Below, in pieces: positions 63,230-64,000 of a stretch of DNA of 64,000 nt (the first letter of the stretch is position 1; each line of letters starts with the position of its first letter). The stretch lies in the NCBI GenBank assembly GCA_964415965.1, contig CAYQCK010000003.1:67426-131425 (forward strand). Reading direction: 5' to 3'. A program made the translations under genes and the position numbers. The DNA is from an uncultured Gammaproteobacteria bacterium (GTDB lineage Bacteria; Patescibacteriota; Patescibacteriia; 2-12-FULL-60-25). The notes under the pieces are model-generated. The model was not told the DNA's origin. It searched no databases and saw only the letters and a list, made by a program, of their open reading frames with translations.

Positions 63230-64000
63230 ATGACCAAACATGACGAACTAGCCAAAATCCTGACCGAATTCAGCCTGCGCGAGGAGATGCTTGGCACGCC
63301 ATTCAAGCCGCGCGCCTACCAGCTGGCGGCCGAATCGGTCTCGGCCCTCAAGGACGAGGTCGCGGAGGCTTGGCGCAAAGGCGGAACCAAGGCTCTCGAG
63401 GACCTGCCTGGCATCGGCCCGAGCATCGCCGAAAAAATCGACGAATACTACCGCACCGGCAAAATCAAAGAATACGATCGGATGAAGAAGGCCTTCCCGG
63501 TCGATATCTGGGGCCTGTCGCGCATCGAAGGCATGGGGCCGAAACATATCCTCGACCTGTATAAACGGCTCAAAATAAAAAATCTCAAGGAGCTCGGCCG
63601 GGCGCTAGCCAAACACAAGATCCGAGCCATCCCGCGCTGGGGCGAAAAAAGCGAAGAGAAACTCATGCGCGGCCTCGGCCTGCTCGAACGCGCCTCCGGC
63701 CGGCGCCTGCTCGGCGACATCTTGCCCATTGCGGACGCGATCGTCGGCGCGCTCGAGAAGACGCGGGGCGTTAAGCGGGTCGCGGTCGCCGGCTCCCTCC
63801 GCCGACGGCAAGAGACGGTCGGGGACATCGACCTCCTGGCTACTTCCAGCGACCCGGAACGGGTCATGAAGGCCTTCACCGACCTGCCGCTGGTCGAGAC
63901 GGTCCACGAACGCGGCAAGACACGGTCCTCGGTCAGGCTCAAGATCGGCATCGACGCCGACCTACGGGTGGTCCCGGACAAAGTCTACGGCGCTGCTCTC
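63230..64000 (+). CDS. DNA polymerase X family protein (partial, continues beyond the window)
   Basis: MTKHDELAKILTEF... with HhH motif (LPGIGPSIAEKI) and Pol-beta nucleotidyltransferase motif (GSLRRRQETVGDIDLL). Confidence 0.8.
   Translation, partial: MTKHDELAKILTEFSLREEMLGTPFKPRAYQLAAESVSALKDEVAEAWRKGGTKALEDLPGIGPSIAEKIDEYYRTGKIKEYDRMKKAFPVDIWGLSRIEGMGPKHILDLYKRLKIKNLKELGRALAKHKIRAIPRWGEKSEEKLMRGLGLLERASGRRLLGDILPIADAIVGALEKTRGVKRVAVAGSLRRRQETVGDIDLLATSSDPERVMKAFTDLPLVETVHERGKTRSSVRLKIGIDADLRVVPDKVYGAAL

Overview
This is a high-GC (~65%) bacterial chromosomal segment dominated by housekeeping genes, almost all on the minus strand. Confident calls include gyrA, ruvC, a YebC-family regulator, rpoC, rpoB, ftsK, lgt, recA, comEC, ugd, leuS, dinB, lexA, an ABC transporter pair, tRNA-Gly(GCC) and a partial PolX gene at the 3' edge. 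The RpoB N-terminus, a ComEC without an MBL domain and frequent SD-less starts are loosely Patescibacteria/CPR-like, but that is inference only.

Between the housekeeping blocks sit accessory patches with many ORFans and dense regulatory signals:
- A perfect consensus sigma70 promoter flanked by two palindromic operators drives a ~570-nt apparently non-coding transcript. It contains an internal 21-nt repeat and ends in a tmRNA-like T-arm/ACCA fragment that has no 5' acceptor partner. It lies divergent to a PD-(D/E)xK-like small gene.
- Downstream is an island of ORFans (about 20.2-25.1 kb), each with its own promoter and terminator.
- Two tandem cysteine-rich small ORFs are followed by near-identical intrinsic terminators. 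The second carries four DnaJ-type CxxCxGxG motifs but has no canonical start codon.
- A conserved 19-nt direct-repeat SOS box (TAGAACA-N5-TAGAACA, i.e. GTTC-N7-GTTC) sits upstream of both lexA and recA, with an apparent lexA-smallORF-dinB operon.
- There is an ArsR / thioredoxin-like / permease module with a perfect 10-4-10 inverted-repeat operator.
- There is an orphan sdpR-sdpI immunity pair next to a large lamin-tail-domain surface protein.
- There is an AT-rich patch carrying a TrmB-like regulator, and several candidate sRNAs and structured elements.

Hand-derived motif coordinates are approximate (+/-2 nt), because my line counting disagreed with the ORF track by 1 nt in places.
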